From: Cyanophora paradoxa CCMP329
Taxonomy: Eukaryota > Plantae > Glaucophyta
DNA: 64,000 bases
Reading direction: 5' to 3'
Assembly (NCBI GenBank): GCA_004431415.1
Contig: QPMI01000589.1
Location: 1-64,000 of the forward strand
Shown: positions 1 to 11,859 of the stretch, in pieces
Position numbering within the stretch: the first letter of the stretch is position 1
How the letters are laid out: each line of letters opens with the position of its first letter
Made by a program: the position numbers and the translations under genes
The notes under the pieces: generated by a model
What the model saw: only the letters and a program-made list of their open reading frames with translations
Databases searched by the model: none
Told to the model about the DNA's origin: nothing

Positions 1-228
1 AAAGAGCTGAGCGACTCGCTAGCCGCGGAAGCGGCGCGAGGCGAGCACGGGATTAGCAGCAGGCTGCTGCGAGCGCCCGCAAGGGACTAGCTGAGCTAGC
101 CGTTGGGCCGACCGGCGGGCTTGAAGCCGCGAGCTCCGGGGGTACGCTGATTCGGGGTTTCCCTTCACGCCCAGCTTCGCTCGCGGCCGCCCCAGGCCAC
201 GAAGCGACCAGCGGCGAAGCGAAATCGC
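1..228. repeat. Partial copy of the retroelement-associated block also present at 10422-10653
   Basis: Near-identical to 10422-10653, differing mostly by 1-bp deletions in C/G runs. Homology stops abruptly after GAAATCGC at 228. Confidence 0.9.
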
Positions 229-852
229 CACAGCCAGCACTGCAGTCACTCCTAAACAGCCCTGTCGGACCGGCGGCCGCACTTCTCGGCCGTCCTCCAA
301 TTGCACAGAGCTGACCAACTCTGCAGCACCACGGCTCGCCATAGCTGCAGTGGAGCGCGATCCCGCGGCAGCAACTGCGCATGCCTCGATGGCTGGCCGG
401 CGCAAACCCTGTTCCCAGCGATCCTCCCCGGAATCGGCCTCGGGCCCCGATTCACGCTTGAATCTGGTTCCTTACTGCCGTGCCGGTACGTGGATTCACG
501 TCCCGGGCCCGCCCGCCACGCTCGCATCGCCGCGCGCGCTGGCTATCCCGGGGGCCCACCGTCAGTCCGCGGCCGCCGGCTTGCCTATACACTCTATATA
601 AGCGTGTATTGAGACCCGCCGCGCGATTCCTCCGGTTCCCTGACATTCCTGCACGCAATGCTCCGGAGCTCCTCGGCGCTCGCACCGGACGTCGACACCG
701 CCGCTGTGCCACGCCGGCGGAGCTCGCGCAGGACTGCCCGGCTGCTGGCGCGCGCGCTGCAGACCCACCGCGAAGTCGGGGCTTGGATCGTGCTTACGCG
801 TGATCCCACCGACGGACGGTGCCCAGCCGCTCGCGCGGCTCGGGGAGGCGAC

Positions 853-2135
853 GGAGTACGGCTCTCGCGTGCGCCTCGCGCTGTGGGACGGCCCGCGTGC
901 GCCTCGCGCTGTGGTCCCTGTACTCGGAGTTCGGAGGCCGCGCGCGACTCTCGCTGTGGCCCGATCCCCCCGGCGGATTCCGGCCGCGACCGCGGCCGGC
1001 GAACTTCCACCAGGAGCACGGATCTCGCGAGCGCCTCGCTGTGAGATGGGCCCGCGTGCGTTCGTCGCTGTGGGCCCCCGTGCAAGGAGTTTCCGGGGCC
1101 GCGTGCGCCCCGCTGTGGCCCCAGACCGCTTCAGCGGCACCAGCCGCTCCCCGCGGCGAACTCCCAACCTGGCCTTCGAATTCGACTCCCGCGTGCGCCT
1201 CGCGCTGCGGACGGCCCGCGTGCGCCTCGCGCTGTGGCCCTACTCGGAGTTCGGAGGCCGCGCGCGACTCTCGCGGCGGCCCGCTCCGCCCCCGGCGGAC
1301 CCCGGCCGCGCCCGCGGCCGGCGAACTTCGACCAGGAGCACGGGTCTCGCGAGCGCCTCGCTGTGAGATGGGCCCGCGAGCGTTCGTCGCTGTGGGCCCC
1401 CGTGCGCGGAGCTCCGGGGCCGCGTGCGTCTCGCTGTGGCCCCAGAGCTTCACCCCGGAGTACGGCTCTCGCGTGCGCCTCGATCGCTGCGGGACGGCCC
1501 GCGAGCGTGCGCGCTGTGGGCCCTGTACATATATATATATACTCGGAGTTCGGAGGCCGCGCGCGACTCTCGCTGTGGCCCGATCCGCCCCGGCGGACCC
1601 CGGCCGCACCCACGGCCGGCGAGCTTCCACCAGGAGCACGGATCTCGCGAGCACCTCGCTGTGAGATGGGCCCGCGAGCGTTCGTCGCTGTGGACCCCCG
1701 TGCGCGGAGCTCCGGGGCCGCGTGCGTCTCGCTGTGGCCCCAGATCTAGAGCTTCACCCCGGAGTACGGCTCTCGCGTGCGCTCGCTCGCTGCGAGACGG
1801 CCCGCGAGCGTGCGCGCTGTGGGCCTGTACTCGGGTTCGGAGGCCGCGCGCGACTCTCGCTGTGGCCCGATCCGCCCCGGCGGATTCCGGCCGCACCCGC
1901 GGCCGGCGAACTTCCACCAGGAGCACGGATCTCGCGAGCGCCTCGCTGTGAGATGGGCCCGCGAACGTTCGTCGCTGTGGACCCCGTGCGCGGAGTTCCG
2001 GGCCGCGTGCGTCGCGCTGTGGCCCCAGAGCTTCACGCCGGAGTACGGACCTCGCGTGCGCCCCGCTGCGAGACGGCCCGCGAGCGTGCGCGCTGCGGGC
2101 CCCGGACTCGGAAGTGCGTTACGCTGCGGACTATA
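853..2135. repeat. Tandem array of ~280-305-bp units (about 4.5 copies) built from CGC(G/T)CGCTGTGG sub-repeats
   Basis: GGAGTACGG unit starts at 853, 1457, 1761 and 2041, with a variant unit near 1180. GGAGTTCGGAGGCCGCGCGCGACTCTCGC recurs in each unit. Confidence 0.92.
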
Positions 2136-2272
2136 GCTACGACTCTCGCTGGCGCGCGCGCTGCGAGTATTAGTCGGCCGCTGGCGCGTCTCGAGCTCGC
2201 TGCGGACTAGCCGCTAGCGCTAGCGCTGCTGGCGCGACCGCTACAGCCTCGCGATCGATCGCGATCGCAGAG

Positions 2273-2363
2273 TGTTTTGTTTTTTTTTGGTCAATTCTAG
2301 TCGATTCAAGGATTGACTCGACCTTAAAACAAAAACAAAAACAAAACAAACAAAAACAAAACA
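2273..2363. repeat. T-tract, short core and (CAAAA)n tract separating the two arrays
   Basis: GTTTTGTTTTTTTTT...AAAACAAAAACAAAAACAAAAC seen directly. Confidence 0.8.
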
Positions 2364-2749
2364 ACGGACGTACCCGTTGTACCGGCCGGACTCCGGACTC
2401 CGGAGCCGCCGGACCCGCGGTACCGGTCCCGCGCCGCGCGGTCTCACTGCCGCAGTGCCAGGCCGCTGAGGCGGGCACTTCCGGGGGATCCGCTGCCGCA
2501 GTGCGCCGCTGCGGCGCCGCACGGCATGCGCAGTCTGCAGTGGCAGTACAGCCGCAGTGCCGCAGTGCGAGCTCGAGTCGGCCGGCGCCCGCAGCTGCAG
2601 TTGCCAGGCGGCGCTTCCGCTACCGCAGTGCTGCCGCTGCCCCAGTGGCGCGTTACGCTGCGGACTACGGTCCCGCTTGCGCTCTAGATCTCGCTGCGAG
2701 TCGGCCTGCTGGCGACCTTCCGCGCATCCGCGCCGCACCCTTGCGCAAC

Positions 2750-5700
2750 CCGGGCCCCGCACCGCAGCTCGCTCGCCGCCGCCGCCGGACCTGCCTGCGC
2801 AGGGCGGGCCGGCCGCTGCCCGCCTGCGGCACTCCCCGGCTGGAGCCCAGGGCTCCACCTCCGTCCCGAGGTCCGAAAACGACCTCGCGCGGCCCCGCAC
2901 CGCCACGCCACCGCCGCCGCCGCCTGACCTGCTTGCGCGGGGCGGGCCGGCCGCTGGCTCGCACGCAGCGCTCCCCGGCTGGAGCCGCTGAGCCCAGGGC
3001 TCCGCCTCCGTCCCGAGGTCCGTCACGGCCTCGCGCGGCACCCGCGCCGCCGCTCGACCCGCCGCCGCCGCCTGACCTGCTTACGCAGGGCGGGCCGGCC
3101 GCTGGCTCGCCTGCCGCGCTCTCCGGCTGGAGCCTTGGTCTCCACCTCCGCCCGAGGTCCGTCACGGCCTCGCGCGGCCCGTGCCGCCGCTCGACCCGCC
3201 ACCGTGGCACCGCCGCCTGACCTGCTGCACAGGGCGGGCCGACCGCTGGCGCGCCTGCGACGCTCCCCGGCTGGAGCCCAGGGCTCCACCTCCGCCCCGA
3301 GGTCCGAAAACGACCTCGCACGGCCCGCCCCCCCGCGCCACCCGCCGCCGCCGCCTGACCTGCTTGCGCAGGGCGGGCCGACCGCTGGCTCGCCTGCGGC
3401 GCTCTCCGGCTGGAGCCCAGGGCTCCGCCTCCGCCCCGAGGTCCGTCACGGCCTCGCGCGGCCCCCGCGCCGCCGCTCGACCCGCCGCCGCAGCCTGATC
3501 TGCTTGCGCAGGGCGGGCCGGCCGCTGGCTCGCCTGCCGCGCTCTCCGGCTGGAGCCCTTGGGCTCCACCTCCGCCCCGAGGCCCGTCACGGCCTCGCGC
3601 GGCCCCGCACGCCGCTCAACCCGCCACCGTGGCACCGCCGCCTGTCCTGCTTGCGCAGGGCGGGCGGCCGCTGGCTCGCCTGCGGCGCTCCCCGGCTGGA
3701 GCCCCGGGCCCCACCTCCGCCCGAGGTCCGAAAACGACCTCGCGCGGCCCCACGCCCGCGCTCGACCCGCCGCCGCCGCATAACCTGCTTACGTAGGGCG
3801 GGCCGGCCGCTGGTGCGCATGCAGCGCTCCCGGCTGGAGCCCAGGGCTCCACCTCCGCCCGAGGTCCGTCACGGCCTCGCACGGCCCGCGCCGCCGCTCG
3901 ACCGCCGCCGCCGCCTGACCTGCTTGCGCAGGGCGGGCCGACCGCTGGCTCGCCTGCCGCGCTCTCCGGCTGGAGCCTTGGTCTCCACCTCCGCCCCGAG
4001 GTCCGTCACGGCCTCGCGCGCCCCGTGCCGCCGCTCGACCCGCCACCGTGGCACCGCCGCCTGACCTGCTTGCACAGGGCGGCCGACCGCTGGCGCGCCT
4101 GCGACGCTCCCCGGCTGGAGCCCAGGGCTCCACCTCCGCCCCGAGGTCCGAAAACGACCTCGCACGGCCCCGCCCCCGCGCCACCCGCCGCCGCCGCCTG
4201 ACCTGCTTGCGCAGGGCGGGCCGACCGCTGGCTCGCCTGCGGCGCTCTCCGGCTGGAGCCCAGGGCTCCGCCTCCGCCCCGAGGTCCGTCACGGCCTCGC
4301 GCGGCCCCGCGCCGCCGCTCGACCCGCCGCCGCAGCCTGATCTGCTTGCGCAGGCGGGCCGGCCGCTGGCTCGCCTGCCGCGCTCTCCGGCTGGAGCCCT
4401 TGGGCTCCACCTCCGCCCCGAGGCCCGTCACGGCCTCGCGCGGACCCCGCACCGCCGCTCAACCCGCCACCGTGGCACCGCCGCCTGTCCTGCTTGCGCA
4501 GGGCGGCCGGCCGCTGGCTCGCCTGCGGCGCTCCCCGGCTGGAGCCCCGGGCCCCACCTCCGCCCCGAGGTCCGAAAACGACCTCGCGCGGCCCACGCCC
4601 GCGCTCGACCCGCCGCCGCCGCATAACCTGCTTACGTAGGGCGGGCCGGCCGCTGGTGCGCATGCAGCGCTCCCCGGCTGGAGCCCAGGGCTCCACCTCC
4701 GCCCCGAGGTCCGTCACGGCCTCGCACGGCCCCGCGCCGCCGCTCGACCCGCCGCCGCCGCCTGACCTGCTTGCGCAGGGCGGGCCGGCCGCTGGCCCGC
4801 CTGCGGCGCTCTCCGGCTGGAGCCTTGGGCTTCACCTCCGCCCCGAGGTCCGTCACGGCCTCGCGCGGCCCCGCACCGCCGCTCGACTCGCCGCCGCCGC
4901 CGGACCTGCTTACGCAGGGCGGGCCGGCCGCTGGCTCGCATGCGACGCTCTCGGGCTGGAGCCCTTGGGGCCCCACCTCCGCCCCGAGGTCCGTCACGGC
5001 CTCGCGCGGCCCCGTGCCGCCGCGCGACCTGCCGCCGCCGCCTGACCTGCTTGCGCAGGGCGGGCCGACCGCTGGCTCGCCTGCGACATTCGCCGGTTGG
5101 AGCCCTTGGGCCCCACCTCCACCCCGAGGTCTGAAGCGGCCTCGCGCGACCCCGCGCCGCCGCCCGACACACCGCTGCCGCCTGACCTGCTTGCGCAGGG
5201 CAGGCCGGCCGCTGGCTCGCCTGCCGCGCTCTCCGGCTGGAGCCCAGGGCTCCACCTCCGCCCCGAGGTCCGTCACGGCCTCGCGCGGCCCGCGCTGCCG
5301 CTCGACCCGCCGCCGCGCATAACCTGCTTGCGCAGGGCGGGCCGGCCGCTGGCTTGCATGCAGCCCTCCCCGGCCGAGCCTTGGTCTCCACCGCCGCCCC
5401 GAGGTCCGTCACGGCCTAGCGCGGCCCCGCGCCGCCGCTCGACCCTCCGCCGCCGCATAACCTGCTTGCGCAGGGCGGCCGACCGCTGGCTCGCCTGCGG
5501 CGCTCCCCGGCTGGAGCCCAGGGCTCCGCCTCCGCCCCGAGGTACGTCACGGCTTCGCGAGGCCCCGCGCTGCCGCTCGACACGCCGCCGCCGCCTGACC
5601 TGCTTGCGCAGGGCGGGCCGGCCGCTGGCTCGCACGCAGCACTCCCCGGCTGGAGCCCAGGGCTCCACCTCCGCCCCGAGGTCCGTCATGGCCTCGCGCG

Positions 5701-8700
5701 GCCCCGCGCTGCTGCTCGACCCGCCGCCACCACATAACCTGCTTGCGCAGGGCGGGCCGACCGCCGTCTCGCCTGCGGTACTCTCCGGCTGGGGCCCAGG
5801 GCCCCACCTACGCCCCGAGGTCTGTCACGGCCTCGGGCGTCCCCGCGCCGCCGCTCGACCCACCGCCGCCGCCTGACCTGCTTGCGCAGGGCGGCCGGCC
5901 ACTGGCTCGCCTGCCGCGCTCTCCGGCTGGGCCCAGGGCTCCACTTCCGCCCCGAGGTCCATCACGGCCTCGCGCAGCCCCGCGCTGCCGCTCGACCCGC
6001 CGCCGCCGCATCACCTGCTGGCGCAGGGCGGGCTGGCCGCTGGCTCGCACGCAGCGCTCCCCGGCTGCGCCCAGGGCTCCACCTCCGCCCCGAGGTCCGT
6101 CTCGGCCTCGCGCGGCTTCGGGCTGCCGCTCAACCCACCGCCGCCGCATGACCTGCTGGCGCGGGGCTGGCCGGCCGCTGGCTCGCATGCAGCGCTCCCC
6201 GGCTGGAGCCCAAGGCCCCACCTCCGCCCCGAGGTCCGAAAACGACCTCGCGCGCCCCGCACCGCCGCGCCACCCGCCGCCGCCGCGTAACCTGCTTGCG
6301 CAGGGCGGGCCGGCCGCTGGCTCGCACACAGCGCTCCCCGGCTGGAGCCCAGGGCTCTACCTCCGCCCCGAGGTCCATCACGGCCTCGTGCGGCCCGCAC
6401 TGCCGCTCGACCAGCCGCCGCCGCAAAACCTGCTTGCGCAGGGCGGGCCGTCCGCTGGCTCGCATACAGCGCTCCCCGGCTGGAGCCCAGGGCCCCACTT
6501 CCGCCCCGAGGTCCGTCACGGCTTCGCGCGGCCCCGCGCTGCTGCTCGACATGCCACTGCCGCCTGACCTGCTTGCGCAGGGCGGGCCGCTGGTGCGCAT
6601 GCAGCGCTCCCCGCTGGAGCCCAGGGCCACACTTCCGCCCCGAGGTCCGTCACGGCCTCGCGCGGCCCGCGCTGCTGCTCGACCCGCCGCCGCCCCAGAA
6701 CCTGCCTGCGCAGGGCCGGCCGCTGGTGCGCATGCAGCGCTCCCCGGCTGGAGCCCAGGCTCCACCACCGCCCCGAGTCCGCCACGGCCTCGCGCTCCCC
6801 TGTGCTGCCGCTCGACACGCCGCCGCCGCATAACCTGCCTGCGCAGGGCGGGCCGGCCGCTGGCTCGTCCGCAGCGCCCCCCGGCTGGAGCTCAAGGCGT
6901 TACCACCGCCCAGAGGTCCGTCACGGCCTCGCCCGACCCCGCGCTGCCGCTCGACCCGCCGCCGCCGCATACCCTGCTTGCGCAGGGCGGGCCGGCCGCT
7001 GGCTCGTATGCAGCGCTTCACGGCTGGAGCCCAGGGCTCCACCTCCGCCCCGAGGTACGTCACGGCTTCGCGAGGCCCCGCGCTGCCGCTCGACACGCCG
7101 CCGCCGCCTGACCTGCTTGCGCAGGGCGGGCCGACCGCTGGCTCGCCTGCGACATTCGCCGGTTGGAGCCCTTGGGCCCCACCTCCACCCGAGTCTGAAG
7201 CGGCCTCGCGCGACCCCCGCGCCGCCGCTCGACACACCGCTGCCGCCTGACCTGCTTGCGCAGGGCAGGCCGGCCGCTGGCTCGCCTGCCGCGCTCTCCG
7301 GCTGGAGCCCAGGGCTCCACCTCCGCCCCGAGGTCCATCACGGCCTCGCGCAGCCCCGCGCTGCTGCTCGACCCGCCGCCGCCGCATAACCTGCTTGCAC
7401 AGGGCGGGCCGGCCTCTGGCTCGCATGCAGCGCTCCCCAACTGGAGTCCAGGGCTCCACCTCCGCCCGAGGTCCGTCATGGCCTAGCGCGGCCCCGCGCT
7501 GCCGCTCGACCCGCCGCCGCCGCATAACCTGCTTGCGCAGGGCGGGCCGGCCGCTGGCTCGCATGCAGCCCTCCCCGGCCGGAGCCTTGGTCTCCACCGC
7601 CGCCCCGAGGTCCGTCACGGCCTAGCGCGGCCCCGCGCTGCAGCTCGGCGTACCGCCACTGCCTGACCTGCCTGCGCAGGGCGGCCGGCCGCTGGCTCGC
7701 CTGCCGCGCTCTCCGGCTGGAGCCCTTGGGCTCCACCTCCGCCCGAGGTCCGTTCACGGCCTCATGCGGCCCTGCACCACCACTCGACCGCCGCCGCCGC
7801 ATAACCTGCTTGCGCAGGACGGGCCGGCCGCTGGCTCGCATACAGCGCTCCCCGGCTGGAGCCCAGGGCTCCACCTCCGCCCCGAGGTCCGAAAACGACC
7901 TCGCGCGGCCCCGCACCGCCGCGCCCCCGCCGCCGCCGCCTGACCTGCTTGCGCAGGGCGGGCCGACCGCTGGCTCGCCTGCGGCGCTCTCCGGCTGGAG
8001 CCCAGGGCCCCGCCCCGCCCCGAGGTCCGTCACGGCCTTGCGCGGCCCCGCGCCGCTGCTCGACCGCCGCCGCCGCCTGACCTGCTTGCGCAGGGCGGGC
8101 CGGCCGCTGGCTCGCATGCCGCGCTCTCCAGCTGGAGCCCAGGCTCCACCGCTACCCCGAGGTCCGTCACGGCCTCGCGCGGCCCCGCGCTGCAGCTCGG
8201 CGTACCGCCACTGCCTGACCCGCTGGCGCAGGGCGGGCCGGCCGCTGGCTCGTCCGCCGCGCTCTCCGGCTGGAGCCCAAGGCTCCACCGCCGCCCCGAA
8301 GCCCTTGACGGCCTCGCACGGCCCCACTCCACCACCCGGCTTGCCGCCGCCGCCTGACCTACGGGTGCAGGGCGGGCCGGCCGCTGGCCCGCCCACCGCG
8401 CTCCTGCTGGAGCTCAAGGCTCCGCCACCTCCCCGAGGTCTGCAGCGACCTCGCGCGGCCCGGCGCCGCCGCCCAGCTCGCTGCCTCCGCCTGATTGGCT
8501 GGCACAGGGCGGGCCGGCCCCTAGCCCGCCCGCGGCCGTCGGACGCTTCCTGGCTGGAGCTCAAGGCTCCGCCACCGCCCCCAGGGCGGGCCGGCTGGTG
8601 GACCGCGCGCAGCGCCTCCTGCGGTAGCTAAAAGCTCCGCCGCCGCCCGAAGGTCCGTAGCGGCCTTGCGCGGCCCCGCGCGGCCGCTCGACCCGCTACC

Positions 8701-9420
8701 GCCGTCGGACCTACTCGCGAAGGGCAGGCCGGTCGCTGGCTCGCCAGCAGCGCTCTCCTGCTGGAGCTCAAGCCTCCACCACCGCCCGAGGTCTGCAGCG
8801 ACCTCGCACGGCCCGCACTGCCGCTCGGCTCGCCGCCGCCGCCTCGCCTGCTTGCGCAGGGCGGGCCGGCCTCTGGCTCGCCCGCGTCGCCCCCTGCTGG
8901 AGCTCAAGGCTCCTTCGCGGCCCCGAGGTCCGTCACGACCTCGCGCGGCCCCGCGCCGCCGCTCGACCCGCCGCCTCCGCCCGACCTGCTGGCGCAGGGC
9001 GGGCCGGCCCCTGGCTCGCCAGCCGCGCTCTCCTGCTGGAGCTCATGGCCCCATCACCGCCCCGGGGTCCGTCACGGCCTCGCGCGGCCCCGCGCTGCCG
9101 CCGCCTCGCCTGCTGGCGCAGGGTGGGCTGACCGCTGGCTCGCCCACGGTGCTGTCCCACGGGCGCTCCAGGCCCTGAGGCCCCGCGACTGCTCCCGCGG
9201 TCTTATGCGGCCCCCACGCCTCCGCGCGGCGCGCTTCCGCCGCCTAACCTGCTTGCACAGGGCAGGACGGTGGTGGGCTCACTTTCGGTGCTCACCGGCT
9301 GGGATGGTTTTAGATTCCGCCGCGGCCCCGAGGTCCGTAACGGCCTCGCGCGACTTCACGCCGACGCGCAGTGCGACCGCCTTGCCCGCCCTCCACCCGT
9401 AGCGCGCCCTGGCCCGCACC
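2750..9420. repeat. GC-rich satellite, ~139-bp monomer, roughly 45-48 copies, with higher-order repeats
   Basis: The GACCTGCTTGCGCAGGGCGGGCCG core recurs at about 2789, 2926, 3075, 3219, 3357, 3497, 3645, 3783, 3917 and so on (4764 to 4903 = 139 bp). Monomers degrade beyond ~8300. Confidence 0.97.
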
Positions 9421-9781
9421 GCCCAGCATGACTTGTCGGCGGCGGGGATCTGGCGGCGCAACTATCAAGCGCCGCCCCGGTTCGTCGACTGTCCCATAGG
9501 GGTACGACGAGAACCCCCCAGCCTTCTGTGCCGGCTCGTTCCCTCGGGCTTCTTGGCCCGCCCCGGCCCCATGTTGTTGTCCGAATTCACGCTCTCTGCC
9601 CGTCCCTCCTACAGCGCAGTGCGCTGGGGGATAGGGGCTCAGCGTCCGAGACACGTTGGGGTGGCGGGGGAGGAGGAAAGAGAGGGGGGGGGGGCAGGAG
9701 GAGGGTGGATCAACCCTCGCCCTCTTGATCACTTTTGTCCTTATGTATGCTATTCTGGCTGGCTGTGACCTGACTCTTGTT

Positions 9782-10336
9782 TGGTAGGGGGTACTGCATT
9801 CGTGCTGCGTTCGCTACGCTCACCCCCGCGGCCTCCGGCGGCGGTACCCGGCTTCGGATCCCCGAACCCGGAAGAAACCGCGTACCCCTCCCCGGGTACG
9901 CCGTTCGCCCCAACCGGCCCCACAAGGCGCGGCCCGAGGCCGAACGCGTACCCCGGAGAGGGGTACGGCGTCAGAGCGGCCCCGATCAAGTGTACCCCGA
10001 GCGGGGTACCACGATCGGCCCGCGACGGCCCCGAGCGGAGTACCCCGAGCGGGGTACACCGTCTCGACCCGCAACGGCCCTCCCCGGGGTACAGGCGCCT
10101 AGCACGCTTACCCCGGAGAGTTCTTGTTCCGGAACTCGCAAGGGCGAGGCCGGAATGGCATACGGCGATCCGCCCTGGTCGATCGCCAACGTATTATGAT
10201 ACGTGGTTCCCGGGAAAGCAGCCTTGAGCTGCCGTACCTCAGGGCCCAACCCGATGCGCTATCCCGTGCATCTAGCTAAGTAGTGTCAGGCGTAAGATAG
10301 CTAGGTCTTCTGCATTCGAATGAAGCGAGGCGTAAA
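9782..10336. repeat. ~555-bp direct repeat, copy 1, rich in GTACCCC...GGGGTAC hairpins
   Basis: Near-identical to 11300-11858. Confidence 0.95.
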
Positions 10337-11299
10337 TCGGGATTTGCGCTCTCAATGCGTAAATCGAGTTTTGCGCCGACGGAATGCGAACAAAGAAGAC
10401 CGTAGCCGAGCGCCAGGCACGAAAGAGCTGAGCGACTCGCTAGCCGCGGAAGCGGCGCGAGGCGAGCACGGGATTAGCAGCAGGCTGCTGCGAGCGCCCC
10501 GCAAGGGACTAGCTGAGCTAGCCGTTGGGCCGAGCCGGCGGGCTTGAAGCCGCCGAGCTCCGGGGGGTACGCTGATTCGGGGTTTCCCTTCACGCCCAGC
10601 TTCGCTCGCGGCCGCCCCAGGCCACGAAGCGACCAGCGGCGAAGCGAAATCGCGCCCGCCCACCTCCCCGCGATTTTTCCTTCCGGGGCGCCGAACCTCG
10701 CCACCCAGCGAGCCCCGGCGCCGCGAAAAGTTCGCGCAAAAAGGCAATGCATACGGCGACCAGCGCCAGCGTTCGCCGAGGGTATTATAATACGTGGTTC
10801 CTTGCCGTCTCCTGTGCACACGGTTCCGGATGTTACTCCCGCTCGGTGCCGGCCACCAGCGCGGACGTGGTCGTGCACAGCTGATCCGTGGTAATTTACA
10901 ATGGTTCGTCGAAGATTCGGGCACGAACCGCGCAGACTCGGTGTACCGGTCGTCATTCGTGTTTCCACGCGCGTCCGCTGGGCCCACTTGTGCCGGGCCG
11001 GGGTCCAGCGCGCCCCCAAGAAACAGTCGCGCGGCTTCGTGGAGAATCTCGAGTTTTCCCCGCTGGGTTTTACCCTGTTTTCCTCTGGACCCGTGGGTGC
11101 CGAGCCGGGGTCCAGCGCGCATGACCGTTACGCGGTTTTCCCGCGGTAACTTGCTGGTTTTCGAGTCTGCCGCCCCGGCGCGGGGGAGACTTCGCGCATG
11201 ATTCGGAGTCCTGTTGGTTTTTGATGAGCCTCGGTTGTCGTACGTTGTACGACTCCTTGGTCTCATGGTCGTCTGCGGACGACGGGCACGCTACGCGTG

Positions 11300-11858
11300 T
11301 GGTAGGGGGTACTGCATTCGTGCTGCGTTCGCTACGCTCACCCCCGCGGCCTCCGGCGGCGGTACCCGGCTTCGGATCCCCGAACCCGGAAGAAACCGCG
11401 TACCCCTCCCCGGGGTACGCCGTTCGCCCCAACCGGCCCCACAAGGCGCGGCCCGAGGCCGAACGCGTACCCCGGAGAGGGGTACGGCGTCAGAGCGGCC
11501 CCGATCAAGTGTACCCCCGAGCGGGGTACCACGATCGGCCCCGCGACGGCCCCGAGCGGAGTACCCCCGAGCGGGGTACACCGTCTCGACCCGCAACGGC
11601 CCTCCCCGGGGTACAGGCGCCTAGCACGCTTACCCCGGAGAGTTCTTGTTCCGGAACTCGCAAGGGCGAGGCCGGAATGGCATACGGCGATCCGCCCTGG
11701 TCGATCGCCAACGTATTATGATACGTGGTTCCCGGGAAAGCAGCCTTGAGCTGCCGTACCTCAGGGCCCAACCCGATGCGCTATCCCGTGCATCTAGCTA
11801 AGTAGTGTCAGGCGTAAGATAGCTAGGTCTTCTGCATTCGAATGAAGCGAGGCGTAAA
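11300..11858. repeat. ~559-bp direct repeat, copy 2, fused directly to the integrase frame
   Basis: TGGTAGGGGGTACTGC...GGCGTAAA matches 9782-10336. Confidence 0.95.
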
Positions 11859-11859
11859 G

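Larger units (their letters stand above)
229..9767. mobile_element. Candidate non-autonomous CAC...GTG (CACTA/CMC-like) element carrying two tandem arrays
   Basis: Begins CACAGCCAGC exactly at the homology breakpoint (229) and ends GCTGGCTGTG (9758-9767), a 10-bp terminal inverted repeat. No TSD or transposase seen. Confidence 0.35.

Noticed and set aside
850-9420. Dozens of long R/P/A/G-rich ORFs in the tandem arrays
   Set aside because: The monomer length (~139 bp) is not a multiple of 3, frames cycle, and indels are frequent. The ORFs are by-products of very high GC content.
853-9420. CRISPR-like array
   Set aside because: The sequence between conserved motifs is itself repeated rather than unique spacers, there are no cas genes, and the context is eukaryotic.
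9782-11858. The ~555-bp direct repeats as an LTR pair
   Set aside because: No TG..CA ends, TSD, or PBS/PPT arrangement, and the integrase lies outside them.
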